Source: Longimicrobiales bacterium (GTDB lineage: Bacteria > Gemmatimonadota > Gemmatimonadetes > Longimicrobiales > Gaopeijiaceae). From it: 64,000 nucleotides of DNA. Positions 29,901 through 36,772 of this stretch are shown piece by piece. The DNA lies in the NCBI GenBank assembly GCA_965202805.1, contig OZ241869.1, positions 3,648,001 to 3,712,000 on the forward strand, in the 5' to 3' direction. How positions within the stretch are numbered: position 1 is the first letter of the stretch; each line of letters begins with the position of its first letter. The notes beneath the pieces are model-generated. The model was given only the letters and a program-made list of their open reading frames with translations, did not search any database and had not been told where the DNA came from. The translations under genes were made by a program, and so were the position numbers.

Positions 29901-31831
29901 CCGGGCGGGCGGGCCGGCTGGAGGTGGGTGAGGCTTCAGGGGCGGGCCGGTCGGAGGTGAGCGCGGGCGATGGCGGCGCTGAATTACGTAAAATGCGTAA
30001 AATGCGTAAAACAGATGGCGCCGGAGCGGGCAGTGCGGCCTGGCCGGGCGGCCCGGCCTGGTGGGTGAGCGCCGAGCGGCTTCCCGAAGTGCTCGCCGTG
30101 ACGGGGCTGGAGGTGCGGATCGAACCGTCCCTGACGCCGCCCGCCGAGCTGGCTGCGCGCGAGTGGGGCCGTGAGGAGGCGGTCCGCGAGCTCGTGCGCG
30201 GCCGGCTCCAGGTGTGCGGTCCGGTCACGGCCGGCGAGATGGCGCACACGCTCGCGGTGAGCGAACCGGAGGTGGAGGCGGCGCTGCTCGCGCTCGAGGG
30301 CGAGGGCTTCGTGCTGCGGGGGGCGTTCACGAGTGTCGACGCGGGAGTGGAGTGGTGCGAACGCCGCCTGCTCGCCCGCATCCACCGCTACACGCTGAAC
30401 CGGCTGCGCGCGGAGATCCGGCCGGTCTCGCAGGCCGACTTCATGCGTTTCCTGTTCGCGTGGCAGAGGGTCGCCGAGGGCGAGCAGGCGGCGGGGGTGG
30501 AGGGGCTGGCCGGCGTGCTCGCCCAGCTCGAGGGATTCGAGACCTGTGCGGGGGCGTGGGAGGCGGACGTGCTCGGCCGGCGGGTCGCAAGCTACGATCC
30601 GGGGCTGCTGGACGCGGTTTGCATGGCGGGTCGCGTCACCTGGGCGCGCATCTCTCCGCCGTCGGGGAACGGTCCGCCGGTGCGCGGCCCGCTCCCCGCG
30701 ACCCCGGTGGCCTTCCTGGACCGCAGCCGGATGGAGGTGTGGCTGCGCCCGGGCGGGGGTCCCTCCGCCGGTGATGGTCCCTCCCGCGGTGACGGTCGCT
30801 CCCGCCGTGACGGTCCCTCCCGCGGCGACGGTCGCTCGGCCAACGGCGCCGCCTCCCTCCTCTCCGCCCACGGGCGGGCGGTGCACGACGTGCTGGCCGC
30901 TCGCGGCGCCTCCTTCTTCCACGAGCTCGTGGGCGCGTCCGGCCTGCTCCCCACCCGGGTGGAGGAGGCGCTGGGCGAGCTGGTCGCCGCCGGCCTGGCC
31001 ACGGCCGACAGCTTCACCGGGCTGCGCGCGCTGCTCGTGCCCTCCGACCGGCGCAAGCCGCTGGGACCGGCGCTGCGCGCGTCGCTGGCGGCCAGTCCGG
31101 CGGGCGCGCAAGGCCGGCGGGGTCGCCGGGAGCGGCGGGGGCAGCAGGGCCGGCGGGGGCAGCAGGGCCGGCGTGAACGGCGGCGGCGGCGGTCGTCGGT
31201 CGCCTTCGGGGTGGACTCGGCGGGGCGGTGGTCGCTCCTGCGCCGCGACCTGCCCGGTCGCGGGGGCGGGGTGGGGGCGGGGGAGGAAGCGGTCGCCACC
31301 GCGGTCGCGCGCGTCCTGCTGCGCCGCTACGGGGTGGTGTTCCGCAGGCTGCTCGACAACGAGCCCCGCACCCTCCCCTGGTGGCAACTGGTGCGCGCGC
31401 TCCGCCGCCTGGAGGCGAGGGGCGACGTGCGGGGCGGCCGCTTCGTGACCGGCGTGTCCGGCGAGCAGTTCGCGCTCCCCGAGGCGGTGGGCCAGTTGCG
31501 CCGCATCCGCCGCTCGGCGCCGTCGGGCAGGCCGGTGGCGGTGAGCGCCGCCGACCCGCTCAACCTCACCGGCATCCTCACCCCGGAGCCGCGCATCGCC
31601 AAGAGCACGAGAAACCGGGTCGTCTACCGGGACGGCGTGCCGGTGGCGGCACACGAGGGGGGCTCCTTCGTACGGCTGGGCGACTACGAGGACGCGGTCG
31701 CCAACCAGGTCGAGCGTGCCGCGCGCGTCGGTTCGCTGCCCCCCGCGCTGCGTTCCTACATGGGGCGCAAGCGGCGGGGATCGGTGTCTTCGGGATCTTC
31801 GAGAACGACGTCTCAACCGACAGGGGGTTAG
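26945..31831 (+). CDS. lhr: Large helicase-related protein Lhr (SF2 DEXH helicase with C-terminal wH/AlkZ-like region)
   Basis: APTGSGKT, DEIH, LSAT, ATASLELGID, QRVGRSGH, GAIPD, PFWLGE; C-terminal GRFVTGVSGEQFALPEA. Confidence 0.93.
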   Translation: MSLPFHPIVADWFTGTLGAPLPAQERAWAAIREGRHTLLAAPTGSGKTLAAFLNAIDELLREGLEHGLENEVRVLYISPLKALSADIHKNLEEPLAAIRERAVEAGLPAVRIRSAVRTGDTPSSRRAAMLRTPPHILVTTPESLYLLLTAERSRAMLGTVRTVIVDEIHAVIDSRRGSHLALSLERLGHVTGRPLQRIGLSATQKPVSEVARFLLGSQSRDARGRPDVGGSPDVGGRLEAGGRPDAGGSPDAGGRPDAETEHGVSSAPDPTARLSLETGCTVIDEGHRRAMDLAIEVPPSPMEAVMSHEVWSEVYERLTESIEAHKTTLVFVNTRRMAERLAARLTDRLGEEAVTAHHGSLSREARLSAEDRLRAGTLKALVATASLELGIDIGHVDLVCQIGSPRWISTFLQRVGRSGHTVRGTPRGRLFPLSRDDLVECAALVRAVNDGELDRLVMMPQPLDVLAQQTVAESACEPWSEDELFRLWRGAYPYRELAREHFDEVVQMVAEGFVTRRGRRGALVHRDRVNGRIKGRRAARLTAITAGGAIPDNADYRVVLDPEETFIGTLNEDFAIESSAGDIFQLGNTSWRILAVNSGTVRVADAHGEPPTIPFWLGEAPGRSAELSSAVARLRADVETRLDGEDEDAAAGWLEELGLSASAARQIQHYLREAKHILGALPTQDTLVLERFFDEAGGMQMILHAPFGSRVNRAWGLALRKKFCRQFNFELQAAATEEGVLLSLGPQHSFPLEDVFRYVHPDTLERTLVQALIDSPVFPTRWRWNATISLAVLRNRMGRKVPPPLQRMEADDLMAAAFPEAAACLENIGGDREIPDHPLVRQTLRDCLEEAMAMGELDGVLRRVFAGEIRYVTRDTPEPSVLSHEILNSAPYSFLDDAPLEERRARAVQTRRAFEPSSADELGALDPAAIQRVREEVWPDPRDADELHDALLTAGVLTAAEGEAGNDAVGGKGGVWRGLFEELCATGRAGRLEVGEASGAGRSEVSAGDGGAELRKMRKMRKTDGAGAGSAAWPGGPAWWVSAERLPEVLAVTGLEVRIEPSLTPPAELAAREWGREEAVRELVRGRLQVCGPVTAGEMAHTLAVSEPEVEAALLALEGEGFVLRGAFTSVDAGVEWCERRLLARIHRYTLNRLRAEIRPVSQADFMRFLFAWQRVAEGEQAAGVEGLAGVLAQLEGFETCAGAWEADVLGRRVASYDPGLLDAVCMAGRVTWARISPPSGNGPPVRGPLPATPVAFLDRSRMEVWLRPGGGPSAGDGPSRGDGRSRRDGPSRGDGRSANGAASLLSAHGRAVHDVLAARGASFFHELVGASGLLPTRVEEALGELVAAGLATADSFTGLRALLVPSDRRKPLGPALRASLAASPAGAQGRRGRRERRGQQGRRGQQGRRERRRRRSSVAFGVDSAGRWSLLRRDLPGRGGGVGAGEEAVATAVARVLLRRYGVVFRRLLDNEPRTLPWWQLVRALRRLEARGDVRGGRFVTGVSGEQFALPEAVGQLRRIRRSAPSGRPVAVSAADPLNLTGILTPEPRIAKSTRNRVVYRDGVPVAAHEGGSFVRLGDYEDAVANQVERAARVGSLPPALRSYMGRKRRGSVSSGSSRTTSQPTGG
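27602..27718 (+). repeat. In-frame 18-bp tandem repeat, about 6.5 copies (PD[AV]GG[RS]), in lhr
   Basis: Units such as CCGGATGTGGGCGGGTCC, CCGGATGCGGGCGGATCC and CCGGACGCGGGCGGGCGC. Confidence 0.85.
29987..30011 (+). repeat. AT-rich 9-bp repeat (CGTAAAATG) x about 2.8 in lhr
   Basis: CGTAAAATG CGTAAAATG CGTAAAA, encoding RKMRKMRK. Confidence 0.85.
30758..30838 (+). repeat. In-frame 18-bp tandem repeat, about 4.5 copies (G[PR]SRGD), in lhr
   Basis: GGTCCCTCCCGCGGTGAC-type units. Confidence 0.85.
31109..31192 (+). repeat. Arg/Gly/Gln-rich repeat in lhr (18 bp x2 plus CGG run)
   Basis: CGGCGGGGGCAGCAGGGC x2, then (CGG)5; encodes QGRRGRRERRGQQGRRGQQGRRERRRRR. Confidence 0.8.
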
Positions 31832-31837
31832 GGGGAA

Positions 31838-32749
31838 ATGCGAATCAGGCGACGCGGTGCCCGGTGGTTGTGGTTGACGGTGGGAATCCCGCTGCTGCCG
31901 GCCTCCGGTCTGGCACAGCAAACCCACCCCCTGCTCGTCACCCAGGACTGGCTCGCCGACCGGCTTGCCGACCCCGACCTCCTGCTGCTGAACGTGGAGT
32001 ACGACGAGGCGACCTTTCTGGAAGGACACATTCCCGGCGCGCGCTTCCTGCCCTACCAGGAGATCGTGACCCGGGTGGGTGATCGGCTGGTCGAACTACC
32101 GCCCCTGGAGCAGGTGGTCGAGGCATTCCGACAGGCGGGCATCTCCAACGACCTGCACGTCGTCCTTTACGGAACGCCCATCCCCGCGGCGCGCGCCTTC
32201 GTCACCCTGGAGCACCTCGGCCACGAGCGCGTCTCCATCCTGGACGGCGGGCTTTTCGCTTGGAGGGAAGCGGGGCGCGAAGTCGCGATGGGCCCGGAGT
32301 CCGGCGAACGCGGCGCCTTCGAGCCCGAGCTGCAGGACGACGTCTTCGTGGACGCCGAGTGGGTGGACGAACGCCGCAACAGCGCCGGGTACGCCCTGCT
32401 CGACGGCCGCCCCGACAACGAATACACGGGGGCCGACAACGGGCGCGACGGCACCTATCGGCCAGGCCACATCCCCGGCGCCGGGCACGTGTACTGGGAG
32501 GAGTTCATCCTCTCCCGCGAAGAACCCCGCTTCGTTTCGCGCGAGCAGATGGGGGCGCTCTTCCGGCGCGCCGGCATCGATCCCGGCGAGACCGTCATCA
32601 GCTACTGCTACATCGGTATGCGCGCCAGCGTGAACTACTTCGTCTCACGCCTGATGGGCCACGAGACCCGCTTCTACGATGGCTCCTGGAACGACTGGAG
32701 CCTGCTTGGGCTGCCCGCGGAGACGGGACCGCAGCGCCCGCCGGGTTGA
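31838..32749 (+). CDS. Exported tandem-domain rhodanese / sulfurtransferase (SseA-like)
   Basis: Signal peptide (SGLA-QQ); GHIPGA x2; active loop YCYIGMRA; YDGSWNDW. Confidence 0.88.
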   Translation: MRIRRRGARWLWLTVGIPLLPASGLAQQTHPLLVTQDWLADRLADPDLLLLNVEYDEATFLEGHIPGARFLPYQEIVTRVGDRLVELPPLEQVVEAFRQAGISNDLHVVLYGTPIPAARAFVTLEHLGHERVSILDGGLFAWREAGREVAMGPESGERGAFEPELQDDVFVDAEWVDERRNSAGYALLDGRPDNEYTGADNGRDGTYRPGHIPGAGHVYWEEFILSREEPRFVSREQMGALFRRAGIDPGETVISYCYIGMRASVNYFVSRLMGHETRFYDGSWNDWSLLGLPAETGPQRPPG

Positions 32750-32780
32750 GGGAACGGTACCGTCACCGGCGTCCCTGGTC

Positions 32781-34316
32781 GTGAAGCCCCGCGTCTTCCT
32801 GGTCCCGCTCGTCCTGACGCTGGGCCTGCTTCTCCTCGCGCTCGCGCCCCGGGTTGCCGACAACGCCCGACTGAGCTTCGCGTTCCTGGCGGCGGTCGCC
32901 GGACTGCTCGCCTGGCAGGGGGTGCTTTTCGCGATGCTGTCGCGCGCCGGCGCGTCCCGCAGCTTTCAGGTCGTCCTGCGCCCTCAGCACTATCTCCAGG
33001 CCCTCGTGCAGCTCGCGGTGTTCGCGGTCTGGGGCTGGTACTGGCGTCCGGTCTACGACTTCGCCGGGCTTCTGCTGGCGCAGCTGATCTTCGCCTACGC
33101 CTTCGACATGCTGCTGGCGTGGTCGCGCGGCGAGCGCTACGTGCTCGGCTTCGGGCCCTTTCCCATCATCTTCAGCACCAACCTCTTCCTCTGGTTCACG
33201 GACGACTGGTTCTACCTGCAGTTCCTGATGGTGGGCGCGGGCTTCCTGGGGAAGGCTTTCGTGCAGTGGCGGCGCGAGGGGCGGCGCACGCACATCTTCA
33301 ACCCCTCGGCGTTCTCGCTGGGGCTGTTTTCGCTGGCGCTGATCGCGACGGGGACGAGCGACCTGACGTGGGGGCAGGACATCGCCACGACCCTCACCTT
33401 CGTCCCCGCGATCTACCTGCTCCTCTTCGTGCTCGGCCTGGTGGTGATGTACTTCTTCCGCGTCACCCTGGTGTCCGGGTTTGCCGCAGCCGCGCTCTTC
33501 GGTCTGAGCGCGCTCTACGGGTCGGCGACCGGGGTCCCGTACTTCATCGATTCCGAGATTCCGGCCGCCGTCTTCCTGGGGCTGCATCTCCTGGTGACGG
33601 ACCCGTCGACGTCGCCGCGCACGCGCACCGGGAAGGCCATCTTCGGAGCGCTCTACGGCGTGGGGGTCTTCGGGCTGTTCTGGTTCCTCGAAGCGGTGGG
33701 CGCCCCGACCTTCTACGACAAGCTGCTGTGCGTGCCGCTGCTCAACCTGAGCGTGCCGCTCATCGACCGCCTGGTGCGCTCGCTCCAGAGCCGTCCCGGC
33801 GTTCGGCGCATCTCCGGAGCGCCCTGGGCGGCGGCCAACCTGGTCCACATGGCCGTGTGGTCAACCTTCTTCGCCGCCATGACCGCGACCGGCCGCACGG
33901 ACGGCCCCCACCGGGGCGACATGATGCCGTTCTGGCAGGAGGCGTGCGCGGAGGGGCGTCGGGGCGCCTGCGAGCGGCTGGTGCGCATCCAGGCGAGCTA
34001 CTGCGCGGACAACGCGGGCTGGGCGTGCAACGAGCTGGGCGCGCACTATGTCGAAGGCCGGATTGTCGAGCCGGATGCGGAACTGGCCATAGGCTACTTC
34101 GCGCGGGCGTGCGAGGCGCAGTTCCAGGCCGGCTGCGTGAACCTGCTCGATCCGTCGGTGGTGAGCCGGGCGCCGCCGCGGCCGCTGGATCTCCGGCTGC
34201 TGCTGCGCGAGGGAGGCCTGAACCTGGTCGACATGCCGGAGCGGGATCTGCTGGAGCGCGCCTGCGGCCATGGCTGGGCGTTCGCGTGCGAGCGGCTCGG
34301 GACGGGGGCGCAATGA
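32781..34316 (+). CDS. RnfD/NqrB(UnbU)-like polytopic membrane protein fused to Cys-rich Sel1-like repeats
   Basis: GKAFVQW..HIFNPSAF and LLVTDPSTSP resemble RnfD N.FNPA and TDP.T.P; four C-terminal CX7C pairs with a Sel1-like CNELG.HY.EG..V.PD...A..YF.RAC repeat. Confidence 0.65.
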   Translation: MKPRVFLVPLVLTLGLLLLALAPRVADNARLSFAFLAAVAGLLAWQGVLFAMLSRAGASRSFQVVLRPQHYLQALVQLAVFAVWGWYWRPVYDFAGLLLAQLIFAYAFDMLLAWSRGERYVLGFGPFPIIFSTNLFLWFTDDWFYLQFLMVGAGFLGKAFVQWRREGRRTHIFNPSAFSLGLFSLALIATGTSDLTWGQDIATTLTFVPAIYLLLFVLGLVVMYFFRVTLVSGFAAAALFGLSALYGSATGVPYFIDSEIPAAVFLGLHLLVTDPSTSPRTRTGKAIFGALYGVGVFGLFWFLEAVGAPTFYDKLLCVPLLNLSVPLIDRLVRSLQSRPGVRRISGAPWAAANLVHMAVWSTFFAAMTATGRTDGPHRGDMMPFWQEACAEGRRGACERLVRIQASYCADNAGWACNELGAHYVEGRIVEPDAELAIGYFARACEAQFQAGCVNLLDPSVVSRAPPRPLDLRLLLREGGLNLVDMPERDLLERACGHGWAFACERLGTGAQ

Positions 34317-34460
34317 GGCTCGGGGAGCGCGGCGCGATGAGGTCCGGGAACGAGGGCGGGGGCGCGATGGGGAAGATGGATCGGCGCGCGATGAAGGCCG
34401 CACCACTGGGGTCGGCAGGAGATGGGTGCGAAACGGAATGAGGCAGGGAATCGAGGCACG

Positions 34461-35444
34461 ATGAAGCTGCTGGCGGTGTTTGCAGTGGCGGGGTTGATCT
34501 TCGCGGGCGTGTGGCTCGACTATCGGAATCAGATGGCACGGGCAAGGTCCGCGGAGTCGGGGACTTCCGGAAGTGTGCCCGGGTTCTCGGAACCGCGTGC
34601 GGATGCTTCCGAAGACCGGACCACCTCCGGAGCCCGAGGCTTCGAGACTTCCGAACTCGCCGGCTACCGCGCCGATCTCGGCCATCTCCCGGACGACCCG
34701 CTGCTGGGCTTTGTGGAGATACCGGCAGGGCCCTTCCTCATGGGGAGCGATCCGGGCATCGACACCCTCGCCTACGACGTCGAGCGCTGGAGCGCGGGCC
34801 AGCCGCAGGGCACGGTGGACGTGCCGGCCTTCTTCATCGGCCGCGGCGAGGTGACCGTGGCGCAGTTCGGTGCCTTCGTGCGCGCCACCGGCCATGCCGC
34901 CGATACGCAGGCGCTTGCGGGGCCGCCGCTTCATCCGGCGTCGCTCGTCTCCTGGCCGGACGCGCTGGCGTACTGTCGCTGGCTGGAGGAGCTGCTGCGC
35001 GACTCCGCGGCGACGCCCCCTGAGTTGGCGAACCGTCTGGCGGACGGCTGGCGCGTGACGCTGCCGACCGAGGCGCAGTGGGAGAAGGCCGCCCGTGGGA
35101 ACGACGGGCGCATCTTCCCCTGGGGAAACGAGTTGCGGCGGGACCGGGCCAACTTCGCGACCGGGAGGTCCGCGCCCGTGGGTGAGCTGGCCTGCCCCGA
35201 GTGCCCCTACGGCCTGAGCGACATGAGCGGCAACGTCTGGGAGTGGACCCGCAGCCCCTGGCAGCCCTACCCCTACGACGAGGCGGACGACCGCGAGGGG
35301 CTGGAGGGCGACGCGCTGTGGGTGATGCGGGGTGGGTCGTTCAGCGACCCGGTGCGCAACGTGCGGACTGCGATCCGGGGTGCGGCCGGCCCGGATGTGC
35401 GCCGCGAGTTCATCGGGTTCCGGGTGGTGATCACGCGGGATTGA
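34461..35444 (+). CDS. Membrane-anchored formylglycine-generating enzyme-fold protein (SUMF1/EgtB/PvdO family)
   Basis: IPAGPFLMGS, EVTVAQF, LPTEAQWEKAARG, GLSDMSGNVWEW, RGGSF, IGFRV; one N-terminal TM. Confidence 0.88.
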   Translation: MKLLAVFAVAGLIFAGVWLDYRNQMARARSAESGTSGSVPGFSEPRADASEDRTTSGARGFETSELAGYRADLGHLPDDPLLGFVEIPAGPFLMGSDPGIDTLAYDVERWSAGQPQGTVDVPAFFIGRGEVTVAQFGAFVRATGHAADTQALAGPPLHPASLVSWPDALAYCRWLEELLRDSAATPPELANRLADGWRVTLPTEAQWEKAARGNDGRIFPWGNELRRDRANFATGRSAPVGELACPECPYGLSDMSGNVWEWTRSPWQPYPYDEADDREGLEGDALWVMRGGSFSDPVRNVRTAIRGAAGPDVRREFIGFRVVITRD

Positions 35445-35492
35445 GGGCCCGGGGCGACCGGACAGAGCGGAGCTGCCGGATCATGGGAAGGA

Positions 35493-36629
35493 TCATCCTT
35501 CGGGAAGCTCCGTGGTCGCGCACACCGTGAACTCGCGCCCTCCCCTGCGAATGCGATAGGCGCGCCTCGCCAACGGAACCACGATGTGGTCGCCGCCGCG
35601 GGGGTACCGCCGCCGAAACGCGGTTACCGGCGCCGGGCTGACCTCATCCGGATTCATCTTGCACTCGAAGGTGTCCACCCGTCCCCCGCTGCGGCGCACT
35701 ACGAAATCCACTTCCCGCCCCGCCTTGTCGCGCCAATAGAAGATGTCTTCGTCCAGGTGGCGGAACCGAAGGGAGTCCAGCACCAGATGTTCCCACAGCA
35801 GCCCGCGGTCGTCCGCCCTGATTCGATCCCACCCCTTTTCGAAGGCGACGAAGCCGGTGTCGAAGGCGTAGCACTTGGGCCGGCTGACGATTTCGCCGCC
35901 CCCTCCGCCGCGGAAGGGCCGGAGCAGATGGATGGCGTGGGCGATCTGCAAGGCCTCGGCGTACGACTTGACGGTGGGACGGCTCAGCTCCGCCAGCCGG
36001 GAGAGGCGGCTGTAGTCGACCTGACCGCCGCTCCATCGCATCAGAAGACGGAACAGCGTCAGGAACCCCTGGCGATTGCGGACGCGGAACAGCTCCAGGA
36101 TGTCGCGCGCGTAGAAGCTGTCAATCCACTCGGCGAACGATGGCCGGGACCTGGTCGCGGCCAGCAGTGCCTCCGGCAGCCCGCCGTGCAGCAGCCGGCG
36201 GTCGAGGTCGGCGACTCCGAATGGCTCCCCGCACTCCTCCCACAGCACCGGGCACAGGTGTACCGCCCGCTTTCGCCCGGTCAGCGTGTCGCGGAACTTG
36301 CCGGTTGCGGCCAGCGTGGAGGAACCGGTGGCCAGGATCCTGAGGTGCGAATATTCGTCGGCGGCGATCTTGAGCGGCAGGCTGGGATCGGCCAGGCGGT
36401 GCACCTCGTCGAGCACGACCACGGAACCTCGGGGCTGGCCGCTGAGAAAGAGTTCCGGGTCCCGCAGCGCACGGACGGTCGCCGGAAGATCGCAATTGAG
36501 GTGGACGGCCTCGGGCAGCATTCTGGCCAGGGTGGTCTTCCCGACCCTGCGCACGCCCGACAGCCACACGACGGGCCGCTCGGCCCATGCCCGCTGGATT
36601 CTCTCCAGCCAGAGAGGACGCGGAATCAT
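35493..36629 (-). CDS. AAA_14 ATPase with DUF4143 / PD-(D/E)xK-like C-terminus (paralogue 1)
   Basis: GVRRVGKT, VVLDEVH, ATGSS, GGLPE, KCYAFDTG, EVDFVV...FECK. Confidence 0.88.
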   Translation of the reverse strand: MIPRPLWLERIQRAWAERPVVWLSGVRRVGKTTLARMLPEAVHLNCDLPATVRALRDPELFLSGQPRGSVVVLDEVHRLADPSLPLKIAADEYSHLRILATGSSTLAATGKFRDTLTGRKRAVHLCPVLWEECGEPFGVADLDRRLLHGGLPEALLAATRSRPSFAEWIDSFYARDILELFRVRNRQGFLTLFRLLMRWSGGQVDYSRLSRLAELSRPTVKSYAEALQIAHAIHLLRPFRGGGGGEIVSRPKCYAFDTGFVAFEKGWDRIRADDRGLLWEHLVLDSLRFRHLDEDIFYWRDKAGREVDFVVRRSGGRVDTFECKMNPDEVSPAPVTAFRRRYPRGGDHIVVPLARRAYRIRRGGREFTVCATTELPEG

Positions 36630-36635
36630 AATCGT

Positions 36636-36664
36636 ATTTTACATTTGGTCGTCCTTTTTGCCAA
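36636..36664 (-). promoter_or_regulatory. Sigma70-type promoter, probably leaderless, for AAA_14 paralogue 1
   Basis: Minus strand TTGGCA-N17-TAAAAT-N6-ATG with no Shine-Dalgarno sequence. Confidence 0.65.
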
Positions 36665-36772
36665 GTACGATGTCTTCCGGGGCGAGGCGACCTGGGTCTT
36701 CGCACAGCTCCAGGCCAGTCCCGAGATGCCGGTCCGGTGGGATGAGCGGTTGTTCGGGCAGACGCTATCCCC

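Noticed and set aside
27602..31192. Repeats considered as a CRISPR array or phase-variation switch
   Set aside because: There are no unique spacers and no cas genes. Units are multiples of 3 inside an intact ORF, so they cannot switch the frame.
32781..34316. Enediyne cluster or complete Rnf/Nqr complex
   Set aside because: No PKSE, UnbV or other rnf/nqr subunits occur in the window.
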